Shown here: positions 17,184 to 25,520 of the stretch, one piece after another
Layout: the number at the start of each line of letters is the position of its first letter
How positions within the stretch are numbered: the stretch's first letter is position 1
IMG/VR virus record: IMGVR_UViG_3300040985_000384
Coordinates: 1 to 29,482 of that record
Direction: 5' to 3' (one strand)
DNA length: 29,482 bases
Source: a virus
Lineage: Duplodnaviria; Caudoviricetes
Notes under the pieces: generated by a model
Database searches by the model: none
Seen by the model: only the letters and a program-made list of their open reading frames with translations
Told to the model about the DNA's origin: nothing
Position numbers and translations under genes: made by a program

Positions 17184-18032
17184 ATGGCAACAAAAATTAC
17201 CGACCTAACAGAGCTGGCCGTAACTGCTGCGAGTGGTGACTTCTTGCACATCATTGATGTAGACGACACCACAGGAGGTGCAGCGGGGACATCGAAGAAA
17301 ATTCAGGTTACTAACCTGCCAAGTGGTGGTGGTTCAGGCACGGTTACTTCCGTTGCCATGACTGTGCCTGCTGCACTTTCTGTAAGTGGTTCACCAATTA
17401 CAACATCGGGAACTCTCGCTATTACAGGCGCGGGAACTTCGTCTCAATACATTGATGGTACGGGCGCACTTCAGACCACGCCAACTGATGACGTGAGCGT
17501 GACCAACCAAGCGGATAATAGAATCATCACCGCAACAGCGGTAACCGATACGCTTAACGGAGAGGCAAACCTAACTTTTGACGGAACGACCTTAGAGGTC
17601 ACGGGCGAAGTAAAAGCAGATAGTATCCACGCGAGTTATAGTGGATTAACTACGGCGGGTGAATATGGCACGGGCGCGGAGTTGTTGTTCGGCATAACTG
17701 GAACGGGAGTAGCGGGAGATTGTATGTATCTCAGAACTACGGGAGTATTTGCCCAAGCCACCGCGTCAACCCTCGGAGAAAATAGTACATCTCTCCTTGC
17801 TATTGGTATATCTACAGATGTTGCCGATGGTGTAGTAACGCGGGGACTCGTTTATCTCGATGTAGACCCCGGAGGCTCTCCCGGAGAACCTGTGTACCTC
17901 TCCACTACGAATGGGCATATAACCAGCACCGCCGTATCTACTACGGGAAATGTTAGTAGGGTGGTTGGATACCAATTGGCGACGAATATAATTTTCTTCA
18001 ATCCGTCACAGGACTGGATAGAACTGGCGTAA
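17184..18032 (+). CDS. Fibre/decoration structural protein
   Basis: KITDLTEL N-terminus, GGGSGTVTSV, GEANLTFDG, C-terminal PVYLS..G..SRVVGY; T/G-rich. Confidence 0.6.
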   Translation: MATKITDLTELAVTAASGDFLHIIDVDDTTGGAAGTSKKIQVTNLPSGGGSGTVTSVAMTVPAALSVSGSPITTSGTLAITGAGTSSQYIDGTGALQTTPTDDVSVTNQADNRIITATAVTDTLNGEANLTFDGTTLEVTGEVKADSIHASYSGLTTAGEYGTGAELLFGITGTGVAGDCMYLRTTGVFAQATASTLGENSTSLLAIGISTDVADGVVTRGLVYLDVDPGGSPGEPVYLSTTNGHITSTAVSTTGNVSRVVGYQLATNIIFFNPSQDWIELA

Positions 18033-18806
18033 ATGGGAACGATTAGCACCATCAGCGGTCATGCTTTCACGGCGGCAGATTCTATTAGCGGCATCGCGAA
18101 AGCATCGGTCGCTTCAATGTCTTCTCAGACAGCTCCCGCTAGTGGCTCGAATTGGGTAAGCACTATCTACGATTTCAACACCCAAACGACCCAAACTAGC
18201 GCATCTTTAGACTGGTCACCATCGGCCGCATACACTACGGACGGATGGGTAAATGGGAGCTCGTCCGTAGACGGAACACAATTCCGCACGGGAACTCCCT
18301 CAAAGGGTTTGAATTGCGACTACGGAACAACTCCCTCTTCAAGCACCGGAGCGAACGGAGGAATGACTTCGTACACGGACGGAACGATAGACTCTGCAAC
18401 AGACCAACGCTATCTTTATAAGGAGTGTTCGGGTTCTCGAAATCTTTACGACCACGTAGCCCGTACACCGGGGTACAACTTTAGCACCCTAATGAATAGC
18501 ACCGCCAACAATCTACGGATGCGGTTCGGGTATCAAGCGTATGGGTCGAATATCACGCCTACGATTTATAATATATACGTTGCAACGACGACGACGACCA
18601 ACGTAGCATCGGCGACCCTTGTAGCTACATTAGCTTCAAGCGGTAACACTATGGCAGATGGTACGATAGCCTATACGATAGTGGATATTGATTTAGACGC
18701 ATACCGCACGGTGGACGCTACCCACTACTTTTGGATTAACCTACCCGCAGCTACGGGATACCGAGGCGATACGTGTATAGATTCAGTTTACTTTGAAGAG
18801 TATTAA
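18033..18806 (+). CDS. MAM-like domain virion protein (putative adhesin)
   Basis: TPSSSTG...YLYKECS...F.Y..YG...GDTCIDSV resembles the MAM domain consensus. Confidence 0.55.
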   Translation: MGTISTISGHAFTAADSISGIAKASVASMSSQTAPASGSNWVSTIYDFNTQTTQTSASLDWSPSAAYTTDGWVNGSSSVDGTQFRTGTPSKGLNCDYGTTPSSSTGANGGMTSYTDGTIDSATDQRYLYKECSGSRNLYDHVARTPGYNFSTLMNSTANNLRMRFGYQAYGSNITPTIYNIYVATTTTTNVASATLVATLASSGNTMADGTIAYTIVDIDLDAYRTVDATHYFWINLPAATGYRGDTCIDSVYFEEY

Positions 18807-18807
18807 G

Positions 18808-19011
18808 ATGGCTAATATCACTTGCACATGGAAAGTAGAACTCGACGGAGTAAATCTATACGACGACCGAAGTACATTACTTGTAAATTTTATCCCAATG
18901 GTTCTCGATGTTGGCGACCCTGAGTTAGAGACTTCAGAACCCTGCGAGTGGGATGGAGAGAATATAGCCTACCGTTGGTACGGGGGAGTTATGAGTATAA
19001 CCTATCGATAA
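18808..19011 (+). CDS. Hypothetical protein (67 aa)
   Basis: ATG 1 nt after upstream stop; TAATG-coupled to next gene. Confidence 0.6.
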   Translation: MANITCTWKVELDGVNLYDDRSTLLVNFIPMVLDVGDPELETSEPCEWDGENIAYRWYGGVMSITYR

Positions 19012-19217
19012 TGACTTACGAACTAATCTCGGTGGGGCTAGGAGCAGCTTCGGGAATTATTGGAACTTATATCAAAATGCAGAACGAAATAGTAAAGGTC
19101 AAAAGCCGTGTTTACTCTTTGGAAAAGCAAGAGACTAAGGTGCAGGCTACTCTCGATGTATTGGTAGAAGGGGTGAATGAGATTAAAATCTTACTAGCGA
19201 AGAAAGGAATTGAGTAG
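19011..19217 (+). CDS. Membrane-anchored coiled-coil protein, possible lysis accessory/holin-like
   Basis: N-terminal hydrophobic helix followed by coiled coil; start of lysis module. Confidence 0.5.
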   Translation: MTYELISVGLGAASGIIGTYIKMQNEIVKVKSRVYSLEKQETKVQATLDVLVEGVNEIKILLAKKGIE

Positions 19218-20055
19218 TCTAGTAACAAAAGACAAAGACATTCACATTCTCCCGCTAGACTTCACAGGCGCAGGAGATACGAAGACTATCTACTTGTTGT
19301 CGGACGTTCACTTCGATTCAGTGAAGTGCGACCGCAAGTTATTCTTCAAGCACTTGGACATGGCAAAGGAGGAGGGCGCGTCTGTCTTTATTTTGGGCGA
19401 CCTCTACGACCTTATGCAGATGCGGTTCGACCCACGCGGGGATTACGGCTCGCTGCGCCCTGAGCTAAAAGCTACGGCCTACATTGACGAGGTAATTAAG
19501 GACTGCACGGATAAGCTCTTGCCGTACAAGGATGTCATCAAGCTCATCTCTTTGGGCAACCATGAGACGAACATTATGAAGCGTCATGGTGTCGATGTCA
19601 TTCAGCGCACGGTAGGGGTATTAAATAACGAGGGCGCAGAAATAGTAGCTGGATACTATGCTGGCTGGGTAGTTCTCAAGTGTTCACAGAAAGGAGGGGG
19701 TCGCGGCAGCATCCCACTACATTACCATCACGGGTACGGAGGAAATGCGAAGCGGTCGAAGGGAGTTCTCAACGTAGATATTGACATGAAAGACTACCCG
19801 CAGGCGCGAATCATAGCGCGTGGACATACGCACCAAAAGTGGTACGTGCCAGTCATGCGGGATGTATTGACCTCGAACTTTGCCCACTCGCAGGAAACGG
19901 TTCATGTGGTTCAGACCGGGAGCTACAAAAAGAAAGACCGTTCAATTGGATGGGAGGTGGAGAAGGGATTCTCTACTCCGAGGCTGGGGGGCTGGAAGTT
20001 TGACATCAAGTTCATTGACAAAAAATACACCGTCTCGTGTGTCGAATTAAATTGA
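19210..20055 (+). CDS. Calcineurin-like metallophosphoesterase
   Basis: SDVH, GDLYD, GNHE, HHG and GHTH motifs. Confidence 0.85.
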   Translation: MSSLVTKDKDIHILPLDFTGAGDTKTIYLLSDVHFDSVKCDRKLFFKHLDMAKEEGASVFILGDLYDLMQMRFDPRGDYGSLRPELKATAYIDEVIKDCTDKLLPYKDVIKLISLGNHETNIMKRHGVDVIQRTVGVLNNEGAEIVAGYYAGWVVLKCSQKGGGRGSIPLHYHHGYGGNAKRSKGVLNVDIDMKDYPQARIIARGHTHQKWYVPVMRDVLTSNFAHSQETVHVVQTGSYKKKDRSIGWEVEKGFSTPRLGGWKFDIKFIDKKYTVSCVELN

Positions 20056-20468
20056 TGAGAGACGTTAAGCGCATAATTCTGCACTGCACTGCAACGGCAG
20101 CAAGCTCGCATATTGATGTAGCCACTGTTCGTAAGTGGCACAAGAAGAGGGGTTTTTCAGATTGCGGGTATCACTATCTTCTGCATCTTGACGGGACAAT
20201 AGAAATAGGTCGTCCAGTTTCCATCAAGGGGGCGCACACGAAGGGGGCGAATTTCGACTCCATCGGCGTGGCATACGCAGGGGGCTTAGATGACGAAACA
20301 CGCGAACCAAAGGACACCATGACCGTGAGGCAAGAGGCCGCTTTTATGAGCTTAGTCGATTCGCTACGCACGGTTTTTGGTTACCTAACGCTACACGGGC
20401 ATAACGAATTTTCAACTAAGGCTTGCCCATCCTTTATAGTACAAGAGAAATTTTCATTCTTAATTTAA
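20055..20468 (+). CDS. Endolysin, N-acetylmuramoyl-L-alanine amidase (T7 lysozyme-like)
   Basis: IILHCTAT, GYHY, GAHTKG.N..SIG, GHNE and KACPSF motifs. Confidence 0.9.
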   Translation: MRDVKRIILHCTATAASSHIDVATVRKWHKKRGFSDCGYHYLLHLDGTIEIGRPVSIKGAHTKGANFDSIGVAYAGGLDDETREPKDTMTVRQEAAFMSLVDSLRTVFGYLTLHGHNEFSTKACPSFIVQEKFSFLI

Positions 20469-20472
20469 CATC

Positions 20473-20637
20473 ATGGAATTTATTACAACACATTGGGCCG
20501 AGATTGCCCTAGCTCTAATCACCGCAGCGAGTACGCTGACGGCCCTTACAGAGACGACTAAGGACGACAAAATCGTCAACATCCTCTCACGTATCCTTCA
20601 GGCCATCATCTTCGGCAAGAACAGAAAAAAAGACTAA
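20473..20637 (+). CDS. Putative holin (54 aa, not in ORF track)
   Basis: MEFITTHWAEIALALITAASTLTALTETTKDDKIVNIL...KNRKKD: hydrophobic helix, T..KDD motif, basic tail, next to the endolysin. Confidence 0.65.
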   Translation: MEFITTHWAEIALALITAASTLTALTETTKDDKIVNILSRILQAIIFGKNRKKD

Positions 20638-20725
20638 GCCCTTGTTTGCTGGGTAATTTGACCTACCTTAGCAGGGTGTGAGGCTTCTCCTTTTGCCTTA
20701 TTCGTATTTGGATTTTCATCTTTTT

Positions 20726-20758
20726 GACCCCTGACCTATAAACGGTTGGGGGTTTTTT
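20726..20758 (+). terminator. Rho-independent terminator ending the late/lysis operon
   Basis: ACCCCTGACC-tataaac-GGTTGGGGGT plus T tract. Confidence 0.75.
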
Positions 20759-20835
20759 ATACAACATTATCCCAACTAGTGTTAAATAAACACGAAGGAT
20801 TAGGTTTTCTCCCTACTTATTAGTATATTGAGGGG

Positions 20836-20896
20836 AGTTCTTTGACATAACGGATGCTATCCTAGACCCGACCGAAAGGGGAGGCGACGAGGCATC
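20836..20896 (+). promoter_or_regulatory. boxA-like antitermination element followed by a stem-loop
   Basis: AGTTCTTTGACATAA resembles rrn boxA; GATGC/GCATC-closed structure with CC-GAAA-GG apex. Confidence 0.5.
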
Positions 20897-20922
20897 AAGT
20901 GAAAATCCAAAAAAGAGAAAAC

Positions 20923-21222
20923 ATGAGTAATTTCAAAAGAAGAGATAACGGAGATGACCTGACTGGGGTCATTACGAGATTCAGCCTAACGGCTGATGAA
21001 GCAAAGCAGTTGACCTTTTACAAGACTGGTATCTGCTACGACCGCATAGGTTTTTCCATGCAAGTTCCTGATACTGGCGAGGACATCTCGAAAGAGATGG
21101 CTAAGTCAATTCAGGACAAGGTGTCCCAGCACGGTGCAGATGCTAATGGTGGCTGGCATCACGGACGACCCGCTGGCAGCGTATTCACCCTGTCCGAAAC
21201 GGCAGTTGAGTTTAGCTGCTAA
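20923..21222 (+). CDS. Hypothetical early protein (99 aa)
   Basis: ATG after an A-rich leader; flanked by the boxA-like site and a terminator. Confidence 0.65.
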   Translation: MSNFKRRDNGDDLTGVITRFSLTADEAKQLTFYKTGICYDRIGFSMQVPDTGEDISKEMAKSIQDKVSQHGADANGGWHHGRPAGSVFTLSETAVEFSC

Positions 21223-21237
21223 TAACAGATGGAAATT

Positions 21238-21262
21238 GGGGAGCGAAAGCTCCCCTTTTTTT
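21238..21262 (+). terminator. Rho-independent terminator
   Basis: GGGGAGC-GAAA-GCTCCCC-TTTTTTT. Confidence 0.9.
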
Positions 21263-21294
21263 ATGCACCATGTAATCGGTTAGAGTTTTTACCC

Positions 21295-21302
21295 TACCTT
21301 TG
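21295..21302 (+). promoter_or_regulatory. Bacteroidota-type -7 promoter element TACCTTTG
   Basis: Perfect TAnnTTTG just after the terminator, 4 nt before ATG 21307. Confidence 0.6.
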
Positions 21303-21306
21303 GGGT

Positions 21307-21633
21307 ATGATGAAAGACAAAAAGACAAGGAGCTTCACCCGAAATTTTGAATGCAGGACTCCACGTATTTCTATGGAAACCTCAGCGGGAACTTTATATG
21401 AGGACAAGGGAGTGGTAATGCAAAACACCATTGGATACTGTGACGACCGCAAGCACGGGTGGTTTGAAACCTACGACGAGGCGACAGGGGGTGATAGATA
21501 TTACGCCGAAGGGGTGCTAGAGATTGTAGAGATTGATTCCAAGCTAACCCTAACGGGATACGACGGGTGCTTCTCGCTGCCCGACTACATCGAGGATGCC
21601 GTCCAAGCCGAGGGAATTGTTATCTCACTATGA
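21307..21633 (+). CDS. Hypothetical early protein
   Basis: Start moved from 21229 (which overlaps the terminator) to ATG 21307/21310. Confidence 0.65.
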   Translation: MMKDKKTRSFTRNFECRTPRISMETSAGTLYEDKGVVMQNTIGYCDDRKHGWFETYDEATGGDRYYAEGVLEIVEIDSKLTLTGYDGCFSLPDYIEDAVQAEGIVISL

Positions 21634-21800
21634 AAACTAAGAAAACAGTTTACCCGTCCGGGGGTGCTTCGTCTTACAACGACTGGATGGAGTCGTTAAC
21701 CAATTCCAACTTGACTGCCGAAGAAAGGTTTGAGGCAGAGTTCATGCGGATTTGGTCTGAATATAAACAGTCAATCATTGACGCTAGAACAAAAAAATGA
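21630..21800 (+). CDS. Hypothetical protein (56 aa)
   Basis: ATGA-coupled on both sides. Confidence 0.6.
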   Translation: MKTKKTVYPSGGASSYNDWMESLTNSNLTAEERFEAEFMRIWSEYKQSIIDARTKK

Positions 21801-22048
21801 AGACAGAGAAGAAAACCTGTGTGGTCTACTTAGACGACACGCAATATATTGAAGTCGAATATGAGCATTGGCCTGAAGGCCCGCGCATGGATTATGATTC
21901 ACAACCCAACCCAGCGGGTCACGAGATTGTGAAAATCGAACTCTACGCAGGTGGAGAGGTGATTGACATCACCGACATAGCTGACAGCTTATCCAGTGAG
22001 TTGTGTTACACAACTATGGAAAGAACTATTGAAACCGATATACTATGA
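21797..22048 (+). CDS. Hypothetical acidic protein
   Basis: ATGA-coupled. Confidence 0.65.
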   Translation: MKTEKKTCVVYLDDTQYIEVEYEHWPEGPRMDYDSQPNPAGHEIVKIELYAGGEVIDITDIADSLSSELCYTTMERTIETDIL

Positions 22049-22530
22049 TAGCAAAAATCACACACATCAGCCCGAACGGGCATTACGACTCTCCGCACGG
22101 AAGGTTGTTCAAACAGCAGTACGTCTTTGAAGACGGAGCAGAACTTTCTGCGAATCACAAAACCGAGAACTCACCTTTCAAGGTGGGCGACGAGGTAGAG
22201 TACGAGGTGAACGGAACAAACAGCTATGGAGCGTGGGGAAAGGTTCGCCGACCCGACACCGATGGCAAGTTCACTAAATCTAATTCCGCAGGAGGAGACG
22301 ACCGCAGCGTAATAATTGAACGCTCTTGGGCAATGGGTCACGCTATACAAATGCTTGGCCCAGTCCCCACTCGCAGCCATGATGCGGTATTAGAATACAT
22401 GAACGATGCCTGCGTATTAGCTCAGGTCATATTAACCTCCCGCGACACCTTCCCTAAGTTTGATGCCCAAGACGCTGTTCGCGCTCGGTGGGATTCTAGG
22501 ATGGCGAAGGATGGAGAAATGCCTTTCTAA
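22045..22530 (+). CDS. Putative single-stranded DNA-binding (OB-fold) protein
   Basis: Beta-rich N-terminus (FKVGDEVEYE) and C-terminal acidic ..EMPF tail like SSBs. Confidence 0.5.
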   Translation: MIAKITHISPNGHYDSPHGRLFKQQYVFEDGAELSANHKTENSPFKVGDEVEYEVNGTNSYGAWGKVRRPDTDGKFTKSNSAGGDDRSVIIERSWAMGHAIQMLGPVPTRSHDAVLEYMNDACVLAQVILTSRDTFPKFDAQDAVRARWDSRMAKDGEMPF

Positions 22531-22760
22531 TGGGTAAGATGAAAGCAACTCTCCCCGACTACCCCACGGTGGTTGAGTATAAGTACGATGTCCCGCCTTC
22601 GAGCGTGGACAACAAGTGGGCAATGGAAATAGCCGTGCGCGTTTGTGGGCCGTTAGACTCTGAACCAAGAAGTGCGTACTTTGCGCGGCTCAAGGAATAC
22701 GCAAAAGAAATCATTAACACATTAAATAGTCTGAATTATGACGATGGGAACATGGATTAA
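22530..22760 (+). CDS. Hypothetical protein
   Basis: TAATG-coupled ORF. Confidence 0.55.
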   Translation: MGKMKATLPDYPTVVEYKYDVPPSSVDNKWAMEIAVRVCGPLDSEPRSAYFARLKEYAKEIINTLNSLNYDDGNMD

Positions 22761-22968
22761 AATTAAGTTTGGAACACACGCCAAATTGAACGACGCTCTA
22801 GGGCTTGGAAAAAACACAGTGAACAGGTGGTACAACCACGACCCTAAGAGGTTCTTGATGTACTTGCCTGAGCTTGCTCAACAATCGGAGACAGATACTT
22901 CTGAGCTGCTACACATTATCGAAGGCCGGGTGGAAGATGTTAAGAGTCTCAAAGGCTCGAACCGATGA
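22738..22968 (+). CDS. Cro-like HTH regulator
   Basis: HAKLNDALGLGKNTVNRW helix-turn-helix pattern. Confidence 0.6.
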   Translation: MTMGTWIKIKFGTHAKLNDALGLGKNTVNRWYNHDPKRFLMYLPELAQQSETDTSELLHIIEGRVEDVKSLKGSNR

Positions 22969-23113
22969 GCTTAAACGCCTGCGGAAATATTTCTTATTCC
23001 TCTACGTTGGCACTACACGTTACGACCCCAAGAAAGAGAAGTACGGGAAGTGGCTTAAAGCTATCGGGGAGGAGTTGAATGAAAGGACAGGCGAGAAAAA
23101 GTACAAGAGATGA
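22937..23113 (+). CDS. Small basic hypothetical protein
   Basis: Probable ATG at 22937; ATGA-coupled to the initiator. Confidence 0.45.
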   Translation: MLRVSKARTDELKRLRKYFLFLYVGTTRYDPKKEKYGKWLKAIGEELNERTGEKKYKR

Positions 23114-23742
23114 AAAGGAATTTTAAGGGAGTATGGATACCCGCGCAGCTTTATCTCAACGAGAACATCTCGTGGACGCAGAAGCTGATGTTGGTAGAGA
23201 TTGATTCATTCAGCAAAAGCGGGCTTCCGTGTTTTGTGTCCAATGAGCATTTGGCCCAGCACTTACAAATCTCGGAGAGTGGCGTAGAGAAAGCTCTCCG
23301 AGGGCTGGTGCGATTGAACCTAGTTCATCGCGGCAGGGAGAATTTCCTGAACGGAACACGGCGGATTTTACGGCTGACTACCTCACTAGAGTACGGGGAG
23401 CAACCTCACTCAACTGAGGTTAGTGACCTCACTCAGTTGAGGCATACTAATACAAGGACTAGTACAACTACTAATACAACTAATAAGGGGAAACCCGCAA
23501 CTGAGGGAGAGTGCTTAGAATACTTTGTGGAACTTGGTTTAGATTCGCTGGAGGCCGCAAAGTTCTATGACTGGTATGAGCAAACGGGCTGGAAGTTGAA
23601 AGGGGGCAACGTAATAAAAGACTGGAGGGCTACGGCCCGAAATTGGAAAAGAAGAAATCTCACAAGGAAAAATGAAAACCGAGGATTTAACAAAGAGAAC
23701 TTCAGCACTAACGCCCTTGAGCGTTTCGTTACTGAAGGGTAA
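23110..23742 (+). CDS. Replication initiator (lambda O-like: N-terminal wHTH, C-terminal DnaD-like domain)
   Basis: CFVSNEHLA..L..S...V...L..L wHTH; KFYDWY...GW...KDWRATARNW; internal iterons. Confidence 0.8.
   Translation: MKRNFKGVWIPAQLYLNENISWTQKLMLVEIDSFSKSGLPCFVSNEHLAQHLQISESGVEKALRGLVRLNLVHRGRENFLNGTRRILRLTTSLEYGEQPHSTEVSDLTQLRHTNTRTSTTTNTTNKGKPATEGECLEYFVELGLDSLEAAKFYDWYEQTGWKLKGGNVIKDWRATARNWKRRNLTRKNENRGFNKENFSTNALERFVTEG
23380..23485. repeat. Putative replication origin: three ACCTCACT iterons at 23-bp period plus ACTA(A/G)TACA repeats
   Basis: ACCTCACT at 23380, 23403 and 23426; ACTAATACA-type repeats at 23446, 23458, 23470 and 23479 (partial). Confidence 0.7.
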
Positions 23743-24244
23743 GAGCCTATCACTTTCTCCTGCCCAAGCGTGGCATGAGGGAACGAACATTTTATCGGCA
23801 CTGAAAAACCATCCCGCCGAAGTTCGGGGTTGGGTCATGGCTGAGGTGGGGAAGCTGATAAAAGAGATTGACGCAAAGACCACCATCAACTCAGACGAAG
23901 AACTCATCTTCTGCTGCAACTCGATAGTGGAGGAACACCCTACCTTAAAACTGGAGGAGCTACGTTCGTGCTTCACTATGATTCGCAAAGGGAAATTTGG
24001 GAAGCTGTACGAGCGTCTCAAGACCCCTGAGATTTTAGACTTTTTGCGACGCTATGAAGGTGAGGTGCGCGTTGAGATTATGGAGCGCAGGGTTCACTCG
24101 GACAAAATCGAGAAGCAAGCCGAGACAGAGTTTAGCATCGGCGAGTCGGGACTAAAAGAGGTGGTAGACCAAATGGTATTTGAGCCAATAGTTTCCAAAG
24201 GTGAGGGATTAGGAACTCGACTACGCAAGAAGATGGACACGTAA
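23672..24244 (+). CDS. Replication accessory protein (possible helicase loader, P-like position)
   Basis: Directly follows the initiator; LKLEEL..F....GKFG.LY motif. Confidence 0.5.
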   Translation: MKTEDLTKRTSALTPLSVSLLKGKSLSLSPAQAWHEGTNILSALKNHPAEVRGWVMAEVGKLIKEIDAKTTINSDEELIFCCNSIVEEHPTLKLEELRSCFTMIRKGKFGKLYERLKTPEILDFLRRYEGEVRVEIMERRVHSDKIEKQAETEFSIGESGLKEVVDQMVFEPIVSKGEGLGTRLRKKMDT

Positions 24245-24266
24245 ATTTACTTCGTATAATTGTTGA

Positions 24267-24665
24267 GTGAAGCGGTCAACAGAAGTAAAGAAGCTAGACG
24301 CGGCTCTTAGCAAATTTGTAAGGAGCAGCCTAGCAGATGAATCAGGATATGTAGCCTGCATCACTTGTGGTCAATCCAAGAATTGGAAGTACGAGATGGA
24401 CTGCGGCCACTTCCAGTCAAGGGCAAAGTATAGCACGAGGTGGTTGTTCGACCCCGACAACGGAATGGTCAACGTAATGCCCCAGTGCAAGAGATGTAAT
24501 ATGTCCAACGGAGGACACCAGTATCTTTTCGGTCAACGCTTGGACTATTTCTTTGGGAAGGGAACGGCTCAGAAAATGGTAGACATAGGAAACACTATTC
24601 GCAAATTCTCGACGGATGAAATAGTGGAGATGAGAAAAGACCTAGAGGCGCGACTTAAGACATGA
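24267..24665 (+). CDS. ninG: NinG/Rap-like HNH-type nuclease
   Basis: LDAALSKFVR, CITCG, DCGHF.SR...TRW and QCKRCN motifs. Confidence 0.8.
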   Translation: MKRSTEVKKLDAALSKFVRSSLADESGYVACITCGQSKNWKYEMDCGHFQSRAKYSTRWLFDPDNGMVNVMPQCKRCNMSNGGHQYLFGQRLDYFFGKGTAQKMVDIGNTIRKFSTDEIVEMRKDLEARLKT

Positions 24666-25225
24666 GCTGCGTAAACGGATTCTTCGCCGAGAACTATGAC
24701 TACCTACTGGATATGTCAAACAGGTATGTGGGGCGAGAATACGGGGCTGACCTCTTGAACGATTTAGCCGTGACGTACATTCAGGATTCTGAAAAGTACG
24801 AGCCTATCTGCGAGCGCGGCGAGCTAATGAAATACGCAGCCCGGACAATGGCAATATGTGGATTTAGTAAGACCTCTCCCTTTTACTACAAGTACAAGAA
24901 GCACACAGAAAAAATAGCTCGACGCTATCCGCTAGAGATTCTCACCACCGATGAAGACAACAATGCTCATAACTCGACACCACAGGTGAGTAAGGATGAG
25001 CAAATTCAGGATACATTGCGTATATTAGAGGAAATAAAATGGTTTGATGCTGAGGTGTTCAAGTCATATTACCTACACGACCACAGCCTAAAAACTTTAA
25101 GCGATGCCACAGGAATCCCCAAAAACTCCCTCCACAAAGCCATCCAAGCGGCGAAAGAGTACCTCCAAAAAAACAGCCAAAGGATTAGGGGACACCATCG
25201 AAAACGCGATACCCCAAGCCCTTAA
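24662..25225 (+). CDS. ECF-like RNA polymerase sigma factor / late transcription regulator
   Basis: Region-2-like N-terminus (ADLLNDL) and region-4 HTH SLKTLSDATGIPKNSLHKAI. Confidence 0.65.
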   Translation: MSCVNGFFAENYDYLLDMSNRYVGREYGADLLNDLAVTYIQDSEKYEPICERGELMKYAARTMAICGFSKTSPFYYKYKKHTEKIARRYPLEILTTDEDNNAHNSTPQVSKDEQIQDTLRILEEIKWFDAEVFKSYYLHDHSLKTLSDATGIPKNSLHKAIQAAKEYLQKNSQRIRGHHRKRDTPSP

Positions 25226-25520
25226 AGATGTGGTGGAGAAAATCGCAGGTGAAGACTGCGGGTGCAAGGAGAGGAAGAACTGGTTGAATAAGAAGTTCCC
25301 GTACTTCAAGCCAATGTCCGACGGAGACAAAAAGCTATGGGAAGACATTCTAGCCCCAGCCCTAAAGCGTGGGAAGCTAGGGAGGGGAGAACAGGAACAC
25401 GTAAGGAACGTGTACCACCGAACATTTGGAAAGATGCACAAGACGACGCGATGCGGTTCGTGCGTAGAGGCGTGGATGATTGAACTGGAAAAAGCATACG
25501 AGGCATCATGCGATTCCTAA
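25104..25520 (+). CDS. Hypothetical Cys-containing protein
   Basis: GLGDTIE, DCGCKERK.WLN and CGSC motifs; overlaps the sigma gene by 122 nt. Confidence 0.65.
   Translation: MPQESPKTPSTKPSKRRKSTSKKTAKGLGDTIENAIPQALKDVVEKIAGEDCGCKERKNWLNKKFPYFKPMSDGDKKLWEDILAPALKRGKLGRGEQEHVRNVYHRTFGKMHKTTRCGSCVEAWMIELEKAYEASCDS

Noticed and set aside
17184-18806. Diversity-generating retroelement targeting the fibre genes
   Set aside because: No reverse transcriptase and no template/variable repeat pair seen
20851-20900. Self-cleaving ribozyme or tRNA
   Set aside because: No hammerhead CTGAnGA core and no cloverleaf or T-loop recognisable; kept only as an unassigned stem-loop
21229-21306. N-terminal extension of the 21229-21633 ORF
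   Set aside because: Overlaps a clear terminator and promoter element; true start is likely 21307/21310
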